Assembly (NCBI GenBank): GCA_050736975.1
Contig: JBOHXL010000016.1
Span: forward strand, 2,208-66,207
Source: Chthoniobacterales bacterium
GTDB taxonomy: Bacteria; Verrucomicrobiota; Verrucomicrobiia; Chthoniobacterales; UBA10450
Length of the DNA stretch: 64,000 bases
Reading direction: 5' to 3'
The notes under the pieces are model-generated. The model did not search any database. It was not told the DNA's origin and saw only the letters and a list, made by a program, of their open reading frames with translations. Below are positions 1-8,401 of the stretch, piece by piece; the first letter of the stretch is position 1, and each line of letters opens with the position of its first letter. The translations under genes and the position numbers were made by a program.

Positions 1-1
1 T

Positions 2-133
2 TTTACTGGTGGCGACAGCGACGGTTCTTACCCTTACAGCGGTTTGATCATCAACCAGCAGGGCGCCCTTTACGGCACGACTGGCTTCGGCGGCACTTTC
101 AACCAAGGTACCGTATTTGAGGTCAAGCCGTAG
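2..133 (+). CDS. 3' fragment of a secreted tandem-repeat protein (GloVer-type LYGTT...GTVF repeat); 5' end lies outside the window
   Basis: Frame is open from the window edge to TAG at 131-133. Translation ...SGLIINQQGALYGTTGFGGTFNQGTVFEVKP* shows the repeat signature. Confidence 0.5.
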   Translation, partial: FTGGDSDGSYPYSGLIINQQGALYGTTGFGGTFNQGTVFEVKP

Positions 134-361
134 CTGACCTCGCTCGTCACTTGCCAGTGGCCAAGCAAGGTTCAGGCAGCAAAGCGTCAATGCTGTTCGG
201 CGAGCTGGACGCCGCCTCTGCGCCATGGTGATCCCGAAGCTTGGTTGACGAATAGTTGGCAAATAGACTTCGCTTTGATGCCTTTGGTTGCGCATCGGTG
301 CGCAACCGCTCTAAATCGAGCAAACGTGCGATTCTCCATTTTAAAATCGCTTTGCAGAGGG

Positions 362-446
362 TGCCGATGGCGGGACTCGAACCCACACGGGCCGTTAAGC
401 CCAACGGATTTTAAGTCCGTTGCGTCTGCCATTTCGCCACATCGGC
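362..446 (-). tRNA. tRNA-Leu (anticodon UAA), class II with long variable arm; CCA not encoded
   Basis: Reverse complement reads GCCGATGTGGCGAAATGGCAGACGCAACGGACTTAAAATCCGTTGGGCTTAACGGCCCGTGTGGGTTCGAGTCCCGCCATCGGCA. It has a 7-bp acceptor stem, anticodon loop CTTAAAA and a GGTTCGAGTCC T-arm. Confidence 0.9.
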
Positions 447-768
447 GGCAGGGCGGAGTCTAACCAAAAAGCGTCCGCCCGCATTGGAATAATCGCGCCA
501 GTCTCTCCGGATCGGACTCCGCTTTTCGCCGTGTCTCGGGCCGGTTTTTCCGGTCTGTCATTGAAAGATGAACGTGGCGCCAGGTGAGATGGTTGCTCGA
601 CCTTGCCTTCAAGATCGGAGTTGCGATTCAAAAACGCCCGCGGGTCGATCCGGCGATCCCGCGAAGTTGAGGCAAAATTTGAGAACTCCGCGGCATGCCC
701 GATTTATGCTCGCGATCTGTTCCCCTTTCTTTTTCGGCGAAGCCGTGAGCATATTATTTTAGGCCGCC

Positions 769-1386
769 ATGACGACAGCGAACAAGATCACGCTCATCCG
801 CATCCTGATGATCCCGGCCTTTGTCCTGATGGCGATCTATTACGGTGAAAGCATCAAGCGGGGGGAGCCGCTCGAATGGCAGCGTTACACCGCGATTGTC
901 ATTTTTCTCGTCGCGGCTGCGAGCGACGGACTCGATGGCTACATTGCGCGCCATTATAACCAAAAAAGCGCGCTCGGCGTGATCCTCGACCCGATCGCCG
1001 ACAAGGGCCTTCTCCTGAGCGCCATCATTACCCTGAGCATCAGCAACTGGAGCGATGTCGATCCGCAGTCCGGACAATTCCCGACCTGGTTCCCGGTGCT
1101 CGTGATCAGCCGGGACGCCGTGATCCTGATCGGCAGCGCGGTGCTGCATCTCTTGAACGGCAAAGTGCGGGTGCGGCCGGCCTGGACCGGCAAGGTCGCG
1201 ACCTTTCTCCAGATGACGGCGATTGCCTGGGTCATGCTGCAGGTCAGGTGGATTCCGCTCTTCTACGTCGTCGCAGCGGCGGGCTTTTTTACACTGGTCT
1301 CCGGCATTATTTACGTGGCGGACGGCTTTCGTCAGCTCGGGGCGCACGGCCAATCCAGCGCCGAGGGGGAGCAGCCGGGTCGTTAG
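769..1386 (+). CDS. pgsA: CDP-alcohol phosphatidyltransferase (CDP-diacylglycerol--glycerol-3-phosphate 3-phosphatidyltransferase-like)
   Basis: 205-aa multi-TM ORF with the DGxxGxxAR...G...DPxADK motif (DGLDGYIARHYNQKSALGVILDPIADK). Confidence 0.85.
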   Translation: MTTANKITLIRILMIPAFVLMAIYYGESIKRGEPLEWQRYTAIVIFLVAAASDGLDGYIARHYNQKSALGVILDPIADKGLLLSAIITLSISNWSDVDPQSGQFPTWFPVLVISRDAVILIGSAVLHLLNGKVRVRPAWTGKVATFLQMTAIAWVMLQVRWIPLFYVVAAAGFFTLVSGIIYVADGFRQLGAHGQSSAEGEQPGR

Positions 1387-1389
1387 GCA

Positions 1390-2760
1390 ATGGAAAATCG
1401 AAGCAGCCGCCAGGTTGCAATTGTGGGGCGGCCGAACGTGGGCAAGTCCGCCATTTTCAATCGGCTCGTTGGGCGCAACATCGCCATCGTGCACGATCAA
1501 CCCGGCATCACGCGCGACCGCATCTCCGGCCTGAGCCGGCGCGGCACGGAGCCGTTCACGGTCTGGGATACCGGCGGAATCGGCGGGCACGGCGAAACAG
1601 AATTGCTTCAGGAAGTGCGAAGCGCCGCCGACGCGGCCATGCGCGAGGCGGAGGTCATTCTCTTCGTCGTCGATGCGCAACAGGGTCTTACCCCGATCGA
1701 CCAGGAACTGGCGCGCCTCCTTCGTCGCTCGGCGCGCCCCGTTATTCTGGTCGTCAACAAAATCGATCACCCGAAGCATGAAGATCTCGCGGCAGAATTT
1801 ACCCGGCTTGGTTTCCCCGATGCCGTCAGCATCAGCGCGGCGCATGGTCTTGGCATAGACTCGTTAGTCGGGACGATCGAACAGCGCTTCCCTAAGTTAG
1901 AAAAAAGCGATCAGAAATCAGAAGTCAGCAATCCCGCACTCTCCCTCGCGATTGTGGGCCGGCCTAACGTTGGTAAGTCGTCGCTGGTCAACGCCATCGT
2001 GAGCGATCAGCGTGCGATCGTGAGCAGCCTGCCCGGCACAACGCGCGACGCGGTTGATATCGCCTGGCGACGCGGGTCGGACGAATTCGTGCTGATCGAT
2101 ACGGCTGGCATTCGTCCGCGCGGTAAACATTCCAGCTCGGTTGAAGTCTTCAGCGTGATGCGCTCCGAGCGCACCATCCGGCGGGCCGATCTTTGTCTGC
2201 TCGTGGTGGACGCCACGAGCGGAGTGACGGCGCAGGATAAGAAGATTGCCGCACTCATGCAGAAAGCGCACAAACCGTCGCTCGTGGTGGTTAACAAATG
2301 GGACCTTGTGAAACCCGAACGCGGCGCGAAGGAGACACTGGCGCAGTTACTCGATGAAACGCGCGAACGGCTTTTCTTTCTGCCCCATGCGCCGATCCTC
2401 GTTGCCTCCGCGCTCTCGGGCGAGAACGTCGATCGCCTTTTCAGCCTCATTCGCAAGATTCGACGCGCCTCGGGTGAGCGCCTCGGCACCGGGGTGCTGA
2501 ACCGGCTTTTGCGCGAGGCCTTCGCCGCCAATCCGCCGCCCATGGTGGCTAATCAGCGCCTGAAATTATTCTACGCCACCCAGGCGCGCGGCGAGATGGA
2601 ACGGGCGCTCGCCACCCCGGAGTTCGTCCTTTTCGTCAACAATCCGCATTTGTTAGGCGAGACCTACGCGCGCTATCTCGAAGCGCAGATTCGAGAGGCG
2701 CAGCCCTTCCTCGGTTTGCCGCTGATGCTGAATTTTCGTCCACGGAGCGAAACGTCGTAG
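1390..2760 (+). CDS. der: ribosome biogenesis GTPase Der (EngA)
   Basis: 456 aa with two tandem GTPase domains, each carrying a GRPNVGKS P-loop, plus DTAG and NKxD motifs and a KH-like C-terminus. Confidence 0.95.
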   Translation: MENRSSRQVAIVGRPNVGKSAIFNRLVGRNIAIVHDQPGITRDRISGLSRRGTEPFTVWDTGGIGGHGETELLQEVRSAADAAMREAEVILFVVDAQQGLTPIDQELARLLRRSARPVILVVNKIDHPKHEDLAAEFTRLGFPDAVSISAAHGLGIDSLVGTIEQRFPKLEKSDQKSEVSNPALSLAIVGRPNVGKSSLVNAIVSDQRAIVSSLPGTTRDAVDIAWRRGSDEFVLIDTAGIRPRGKHSSSVEVFSVMRSERTIRRADLCLLVVDATSGVTAQDKKIAALMQKAHKPSLVVVNKWDLVKPERGAKETLAQLLDETRERLFFLPHAPILVASALSGENVDRLFSLIRKIRRASGERLGTGVLNRLLREAFAANPPPMVANQRLKLFYATQARGEMERALATPEFVLFVNNPHLLGETYARYLEAQIREAQPFLGLPLMLNFRPRSETS

Positions 2761-2825
2761 CCGGATGGCTGACCCCGATCCCCATAAAGCTTCGCGGCAG
2801 GAACGTGCAGTCTCATCTGCGGGCA

Positions 2826-2862
2826 GGGCAACTCTCGCGCTTCCCACAGGGAAGCGGCTATA
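2826..2862 (+). repeat. Partial (tail) copy of the same repeat family with a perfect hairpin CGCTTCCC-ACA-GGGAAGCG
   Basis: CTCTCGCGCTTCCCACAGGGAAGCGGCTATAA matches the tail CTCTCGCGTCGCCCACAGGGCGACGGCTAGAG of copy B, with compensated stem changes. It lies in a convergent gene gap and overlaps the stop codon of the 2858-3991 CDS. Confidence 0.6.
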
Positions 2863-3991
2863 ACGTCACCCAGGTGCGACGCCGCGCGCTTCGCTCAATC
2901 GCCTCGAGGACGCGCTGGTTGGCCAGGCCATCGGCGAAAGTTGGCGCCACGCTCTTGCGGGCGACGATTGCCCTAACGAAATCTGCAATTGTGTGCACGA
3001 AGCTGTGTTCGTAACCAATGAGATGGCCCGGCGGCCACCAGTGCTCGAGATAGGGATGCGTGCTTTCCGTGACGAGAATCTCGCGAAAGCCGCGTCGACC
3101 GGCGGTGTCCTCGGCGCGATAAAACTGGAGCCGGTTCATTTGTTCGAGATCGAAGACGAGCGAACCCCCGCTGCCGTTGATCTCGATCGTTAGGCCGTTC
3201 TTGCGCCCGGGCGCGAAGCGGGTCGCTTCCAAAGTGGCCAGCGCGCCAATGCGAAATCGGCCGAGCACGCAAACCGCGTCATCGACCGTCACCTTGCCGC
3301 GGCCGCTTCGCCTGCCCGCCCGGGGGCGCTGCTTCACGAACGTCTCGGTCATTGCACAAACCTCCCGGAATTCGCCCACCAGATAGCGGCCGAGATCGAC
3401 AATATGCGAGCCGAGATCGCCTAACGAACCGGAGCCGGCCGCGTCCGCGCGCAGACGCCAGACGAGTGGAAAGTGCGGGTCCGCGATCCAGTCCTGGGCG
3501 TAGCGCGCCCGATAGTGATAAAGCCGGTCGCCAAGTTCACCGCGTGCGATCATCTCCCGCGCCAGGGCGAGCGCTGGCACCCTGCGGTAATTGTGGCAAA
3601 CCATGTGCACGACCCGCGCCTTTCGCACCGCCCTGGTCATGCGTTCCGCTTCGCCCAGATCGCGCGCGAGCGGTTTCTCGCAAAGGATGGCCTTGCCGGC
3701 GGCGGCCGCGGCGATGGCGATCTCGGCGTGGGATTCGTTAGGGGTGCTGATGTCGACGACGTCGATCTGCGGGTCGTCCACCACCGCGCGCCAATTGGTC
3801 GCGCTCTTTTCCCAGCCGAGCGCGAGCGCGGCTTTACTTACGGCTCGCGGGTTGCGCCCGCAGAGCGTGCTCATTCGTATCTCGGCGGGAAGTTCAAAAA
3901 AGCGCGGCGCCTGCCGCCAGGCGTTGGAGTGGGCCCGGCCCATAAAGCCGTATCCGATTAATCCAACCCGGAGGGTGCGTCGCGATTTCAT
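2858..3991 (-). CDS. Gfo/Idh/MocA family NAD(P)-dependent oxidoreductase
   Basis: 377 aa with an N-terminal Rossmann motif (LRVGLIGYGFMGRAH) and the conserved EKP motif (AILCEKPLA). Confidence 0.85.
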   Translation of the reverse strand: MKSRRTLRVGLIGYGFMGRAHSNAWRQAPRFFELPAEIRMSTLCGRNPRAVSKAALALGWEKSATNWRAVVDDPQIDVVDISTPNESHAEIAIAAAAAGKAILCEKPLARDLGEAERMTRAVRKARVVHMVCHNYRRVPALALAREMIARGELGDRLYHYRARYAQDWIADPHFPLVWRLRADAAGSGSLGDLGSHIVDLGRYLVGEFREVCAMTETFVKQRPRAGRRSGRGKVTVDDAVCVLGRFRIGALATLEATRFAPGRKNGLTIEINGSGGSLVFDLEQMNRLQFYRAEDTAGRRGFREILVTESTHPYLEHWWPPGHLIGYEHSFVHTIADFVRAIVARKSVAPTFADGLANQRVLEAIERSARRRTWVTL

Positions 3992-4064
3992 TGCCAGAGG
4001 TTAGCGCGAGCTTCCGGCCTGCGCGATTCGTCAGGCAGGAAGCGGGCAGCTGGCCCGACCATCT

Positions 4065-5036
4065 TCAGAAGCGAAAAATATTCAGGAACGCGACTTCGAG
4101 CGCGAGCGCCTCCTGGATGTTGCGATCGAGATGCTGGCGCAGTTCTTCCAGCCGGCGAACGCGAGACAGAATCTCCAGAGTCGTCAGGCGCGCGGCCATC
4201 GCCTCCGTGCTGGTTCGCGCCTCCGGCAGCTCGCGAGTGGCGACGCCGCTGCTGGCCTTTAGGATATCGCCCCACCAGCGGAAGAGCGTTTCGATCAGCG
4301 TGGCCCGCTGATGCAGGTAAAGGCTTTCCGTCAGGGCCTTGTAATGGTCTTCCCGGGTTTCGAGCCACTCGCCGTCGGTCGTATTCTTGTAGCGGGTCTC
4401 TTCGCGTTTCAAGGCCGCGTCATTTTCCTCCTGGATCGCCAGCCGCATTTGCCCGAGCAGGTGCTGAAAGCCCTGCACCATCCGATAGGCGTCGTGCACG
4501 CCGGCGCCGGCGTCGGGGTTGAGACGGTTGAGCAACGCGACCAGCTCCCTTTGCTCGGCCGAGACTTTGGCGTCGTTAGGCGGGGCGAGCGGAATCTCAA
4601 TGCAGCGCGAGAGAATCGTTTCCGGCAACACTTCCGGAATCGAGCTGAGCAAAAGAAGAAGCGAATTGTTAGGCGGTTCCTCCATCGTTTTCAGAAAGGC
4701 GTTCGCGGCCGGCGGCCCCATCCGATCCGCGTCGGAGATGATCGCCACTTTGCGGCGGCCATCGCTCGCCTGCATCTGGAGCGCATGCTCAAGGTCGCGT
4801 AGTTGATCGATGCCGATGCGGCGAGATTTCGATTCCGGCGCCGCCAGGTAAACGTCCGGCGCCTTCCCAGAGAAAATTTCATCAGCCGGCGCGCCGTTCA
4901 CGAGCTGCGTCACGGCCGCCGCGAGGGCGCGCTTGCCGCTGCCATTTGCGCCCGTGATGAGATAGGCGTGAGCGAGACGGCGGCGTTGCTGCGCGTTGCG
5001 AAGATAATCAAACGCGACCTGCGGAGTGAAAGCCAC
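4065..5036 (-). CDS. holB: DNA polymerase III subunit delta'
   Basis: 323 aa with an AAA+ clamp-loader N-terminus (RLAHAYLITGANGSGKRALA), SRC motif (ILSRCIEI) and KTMEEPP. Confidence 0.8.
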   Translation of the reverse strand: MAFTPQVAFDYLRNAQQRRRLAHAYLITGANGSGKRALAAAVTQLVNGAPADEIFSGKAPDVYLAAPESKSRRIGIDQLRDLEHALQMQASDGRRKVAIISDADRMGPPAANAFLKTMEEPPNNSLLLLLSSIPEVLPETILSRCIEIPLAPPNDAKVSAEQRELVALLNRLNPDAGAGVHDAYRMVQGFQHLLGQMRLAIQEENDAALKREETRYKNTTDGEWLETREDHYKALTESLYLHQRATLIETLFRWWGDILKASSGVATRELPEARTSTEAMAARLTTLEILSRVRRLEELRQHLDRNIQEALALEVAFLNIFRF

Positions 5037-5039
5037 GGC

Positions 5040-5723
5040 TCAGGATTGCCGGCTGCGTTCTCGCGCCGGAATCATTTGCGCGAGCTGGCCGAAACGCATC
5101 GTCAGCACGTCCCAGATTTCCTGCTCGATCTCCTGGATCGACCTGCTCGCATCGATCACCCGGACGCGGTAAGGCTCGCGCGCCGCCAGTTCGCGATACG
5201 CTTCACAAACCGCCTGGTAGAAATCGAGCGGTTCCTGTTCCATGCGATCGATCCCGGCGGCCGGGCGCACCCGGCGCATCTGGCGGGCGCGGGCCGTTTC
5301 GGTATCGATGTCGAGAAGAAAGGTGAGATCCGGCCAGCAATTGCCCACCGCAAACATCGTGAGGTGGGCCACCATTTCCTGATCGAGGCGGCGCGCGACG
5401 CCCTGATAAACCGTCGTGGAATCAGCGAAGCGATCGGAGAGCACAACCGTGCCGCGATCGAGCGCGGGTTGAATCACTTCCCTAACGAGCTGGCTGCGGC
5501 TGGCTGCGAAGAGAAGCAGCTCCGTTTCCGGCGTCATCGACACGCTCTCGGGCGCGAATTGCAGGAGGTGCCGGATTTTTTCACCGATCGGCGTCCCGCC
5601 CGGTTCGCGTGTCACGAGCAAGGGCACGCCGGCTTTCGTCAGGCGCGCGGCCAGCAGACCGACCTGGGTCGATTTCCCGCAACCCTCCGAACCCTCAAAA
5701 GTGATGAACGGCAGGCGCGGCAT
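5040..5723 (-). CDS. tmk: dTMP (thymidylate) kinase
   Basis: P-loop FITFEGSEGCGKSTQ and DRF motif. Start is set at the internal ATG (MPRLPF...) because the longer ORF extension to 5816 runs into the intergenic repeat at 5773-5868. Confidence 0.9.
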   Translation of the reverse strand: MPRLPFITFEGSEGCGKSTQVGLLAARLTKAGVPLLVTREPGGTPIGEKIRHLLQFAPESVSMTPETELLLFAASRSQLVREVIQPALDRGTVVLSDRFADSTTVYQGVARRLDQEMVAHLTMFAVGNCWPDLTFLLDIDTETARARQMRRVRPAAGIDRMEQEPLDFYQAVCEAYRELAAREPYRVRVIDASRSIQEIEQEIWDVLTMRFGQLAQMIPARERSRQS

Positions 5724-5772
5724 GGGCGGATGTTGACGCAGGTCGCAGGGGTTGTCGAACATTACCGCGCGA

Positions 5773-5868
5773 CCTGTAACCGTGGCCCGGTGGGCGACGC
5801 GAGAGCGGCTGCCCAATTGTCAGTTGCCGTGCGCAGACCCACGCTTCGCACAGCGAAGCGGCTACAGC
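5773..5868 (-). repeat. MITE/REP-like intergenic repeat, copy A (inverted relative to copies B-D)
   Basis: Its reverse complement aligns along almost its full length with 11651-11744 (CTGTAGCCGCTTCGCTGTGCGAAGCGTGGGTCTGCGC...GCCGCTCTCGCGTCGCCCAC.GGGC.ACGG.TACAG). Confidence 0.8.
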
Positions 5869-5890
5869 CTCCGCCAGTACGCGACACGCT

Positions 5891-6967
5891 CTAGTGTTTC
5901 GATCGTTCGAGCAACTTGACCAGCTGATCCTTCCACAACGCCGCCATGGTATGGCTGCCGTGGCCGCGTGTCTTGTCGCTGAAGGGGATGAGGAAGGCTC
6001 GCCCGTTCGGCACGCGCTTGATCTCGCGCTCGAGAATGCCGAGCTCCGGCGGATTGATCAGGTCGTCGACGGAATTGATCGCGAGGAGCGGCGCCCGGAT
6101 CTTTTCCAGGTTCGGTCCGGGATCGTAATCGCGCGAGGACGCGACCGCGTAGAGGACATCATTGGCGTCCGCGGTCTTGACGTAGTGGTTAACGAACGTG
6201 TCCAGCACTTGGTCGGTTTTCGCCAGGGTGGGCGCTTCCTTCTGACGGAGCACGGGATTGCTACTCATGAACCAGAGCATCTCGGCGGCGGTGCGCAGGC
6301 TGGGGGGTTGTGCTTTGTAGTCGCCGCTCTCCCAGGCTGGGTCGGCGCGGATCGCGTCGATGATAATGCGACGCCAGACGCGGTTGCGGCCGGAGATTTG
6401 CGTCGGTAAACACGCCAGCGGCATCAGTGCATCCATGAAATCAGGATGAATTTCGCCCCAAAGCCAGGTGTGCATGCCGCCCATCGAGGTACCCATGACC
6501 AGACGCGCGTGGTTTATGGCCAGGCCCTCGGTCAGCAGGCGATACTCCGCTTCGACCATGTCGCGATAACCGTAGTTTGGGAATCTCGCATGCATTCCGT
6601 CGCTCGGTTTGCTCGATTTGCCGTGACCGATGTCGTCCGGCAGAACAATGAAAAACTTCGCCGCATCGAGCGGCTGGCCCGGCCCGAAGAGTTCGCCGGC
6701 AAACTCCGGCCGGATAAACTGTGCGCCGCTTCCGGTCGTCCCGTGCATGATGAGGACGGCGTTTTGCGCGACACCTTTCGCGTCCTTCACCGGCTTGCCG
6801 AGGGTGCGGTAATGCAGTCGCAACTCCGGCATCGTTTCCCCGGAAGTAAACTTGAAGTCGTGCGCGATAAAATCGCCTTCGTTAGGCGCGGGATAATCGG
6901 CGGCGCGCGCCAGCGCACTCAGGCCAATGGAAAGGAACAGAACCGCGGTGCGGGAAAAAGTGTTCAT
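5891..6967 (-). CDS. secreted alpha/beta-fold hydrolase
   Basis: Signal peptide MNTFSRTAVLFLSIGLSALARA and nucleophile elbow GTSMGG. The length and pattern fit an alpha/beta hydrolase (MetX-like fold). An upstream ATG at 7012 is also possible. Confidence 0.75.
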   Translation of the reverse strand: MNTFSRTAVLFLSIGLSALARAADYPAPNEGDFIAHDFKFTSGETMPELRLHYRTLGKPVKDAKGVAQNAVLIMHGTTGSGAQFIRPEFAGELFGPGQPLDAAKFFIVLPDDIGHGKSSKPSDGMHARFPNYGYRDMVEAEYRLLTEGLAINHARLVMGTSMGGMHTWLWGEIHPDFMDALMPLACLPTQISGRNRVWRRIIIDAIRADPAWESGDYKAQPPSLRTAAEMLWFMSSNPVLRQKEAPTLAKTDQVLDTFVNHYVKTADANDVLYAVASSRDYDPGPNLEKIRAPLLAINSVDDLINPPELGILEREIKRVPNGRAFLIPFSDKTRGHGSHTMAALWKDQLVKLLERSKH

Positions 6968-7166
6968 CGACGGAAGAATACGCGGTTGCGAGCCAGGATA
7001 AAGGCGCGCCATAGCCTAACGATTCGGTGTTTCCCGGGTTAAGGCGGCGTGGTCACGACCCCAGCCGAACGAAGCGCTCGCTAGGCTCTGCGACCGCGCC
7101 TGTTGCCACGTCGCCCGGATGGGGAGTTGTTCTTAGCCCTGCCGCGATGTTAATGATTGTCCCGGG

Positions 7167-7568
7167 ATGAAAAACTACTGGCTCGTGAAACAGGAACCGG
7201 AAGCTTATTCATGGGACGATTTTGCGCGCGACGGCGGGACGAAGTGGACCGGAGTGCGGAATTTTCAGGCCCGCAATAATCTTCGCGCGATGCGCAAAGG
7301 CGACGCCGTTTTGTTTTATCACAGTGTGAGCGACAAGGCCGTCATCGGCGTCGCCCAGGTGACACGCGAGGCGTTTCCCGACCCGACGGCGAAGGAAGGC
7401 GACTGGAGCGCGGTTGAGTTAACGCCGGTCAAGGCGTTGAAAAAACCGGTCACGCTCGAGCAAATCAAAGCGGAGCCGAAATTACGCGAGATTGCCCTGC
7501 TCCGGAATTCGCGCCTCTCCGTCCAGCCGTTAGGCAAAGCCGAGTTCGAGTTGATCTGCCGCCTCTAG
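7167..7568 (+). CDS. EVE (PUA-like) domain protein
   Basis: 133 aa with MKNYWLVKQEPEAYSWDDF...GVRNFQARNNLRAMRKGDAVLFYHS, typical of the EVE/thymocyte nuclear protein 1-like family. Confidence 0.8.
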   Translation: MKNYWLVKQEPEAYSWDDFARDGGTKWTGVRNFQARNNLRAMRKGDAVLFYHSVSDKAVIGVAQVTREAFPDPTAKEGDWSAVELTPVKALKKPVTLEQIKAEPKLREIALLRNSRLSVQPLGKAEFELICRL

Positions 7569-7630
7569 GTGATGGCCGCGAGCGGATAGTTTCGGCTTGT
7601 CCACCCTTCCGTTCCGGCGACGCTAACGAC

Positions 7631-8401
7631 GTGCAGCGCGCGCTGGTAGTTTCGATTCACGATGTCGCTCCCTCGACCCGGGGAAACGTCGATAAAATTC
7701 TCGCGCAGCTAAGGCAACATCAGGTTGGCGCCTGCTCGCTTCTCGTCATTCCGGATTATCACCGGCAAGGACGATCGATGGCCGATCCCGATTTTTGTTC
7801 CTGGCTGCACGAGATGGAAGCGGGTGGACACGAGATCGTCATTCACGGATTTTTCCATGAGCGCGCCCGGCGCAGGCATGAAGTTGTGCGCGCGAAAATT
7901 CTGACCCGTTTTCACACCGCAGATGAGGGTGAATTTTTTGATCTCAGCTATCTCGACGCGCTTCAACGGATCCGTCAGGCCCGGCATGACTTTGAAGCGC
8001 ACGGTTTCCACCCTCACGGATTTATCGCGCCGGCCTGGCTGCTGGGCGCGGAGGCCGAGCGAGCCGCGATCGATGCCTGCATGGATTACACCACCACCAT
8101 TCGGACGATTCGCGACTTTGCCGAGGGCCGAATCTTTACCTCCCAATCGCTCGTCTACAGCGTGCGGAGCGCTTGGCGGCGGGTCATGAGCCTGGCGTGG
8201 AATCGATTGCTTTTCCGCCATCAAGCAAAGAATCCGTTGCTCCGCCTCGGCATCCACCCGCCGGATATCGGCTACCGCGCGATCTGGAACCAAATCACCA
8301 GGCTGATCGACGAAGCACTGCGCGATCGCCGCCCCATGACCTATGAAAGCTGGCTGGGCGAGAAATCGGCCGCCGGTCACGAGCCATCCGCCATCCAGTG
8401 A
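7631..8401 (+). CDS. DUF2334 / polysaccharide-deacetylase-like protein
   Basis: 256 aa with GTG start. The N-terminus ALVVSIHDVAP...LLVIPDYH and the HGFFH motif resemble the DUF2334 family. Its stop overlaps the start of the next gene. Confidence 0.65.
   Translation: MQRALVVSIHDVAPSTRGNVDKILAQLRQHQVGACSLLVIPDYHRQGRSMADPDFCSWLHEMEAGGHEIVIHGFFHERARRRHEVVRAKILTRFHTADEGEFFDLSYLDALQRIRQARHDFEAHGFHPHGFIAPAWLLGAEAERAAIDACMDYTTTIRTIRDFAEGRIFTSQSLVYSVRSAWRRVMSLAWNRLLFRHQAKNPLLRLGIHPPDIGYRAIWNQITRLIDEALRDRRPMTYESWLGEKSAAGHEPSAIQ

Noticed and set aside
286-307. Perfect 9-bp hairpin GGTTGCGCA-TCGG-TGCGCAACC downstream of tRNA-Leu, considered as an intrinsic terminator.
   Set aside because: There is no U-tract on either strand after the stem. 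It may still be a processing or termination structure, but the support is too weak to annotate it.
754-1845. Long antisense or alternative-frame ORFs of 150-550 aa throughout the track. Examples are 754-1845(-), 4803-5894(+), 12021-13199(+), 20012-21046(+), 33537-35183(+), 42365-43510(-), 49124-50356(+), 57583-58620(-) and 59745-60563(-).
   Set aside because: All of them overlap clearly recognisable genes on the other strand or frame. Their translations are Arg/Pro/Gly/Ala-rich with no motifs. This is the usual shadow-ORF artefact of GC-rich DNA.
5724-5816. N-terminal extension of the tmk ORF, and similar long 5' extensions of ORFs at 13742-14098, 14043-14291, 32065-32232, 33431-33610, 35424-35657, 43381-43656, 47957-48196 and 58953-59261.
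   Set aside because: The extensions overlap upstream genes or the intergenic repeat, lack protein-like composition, and internal starts give proteins beginning at the conserved N-terminal motifs.
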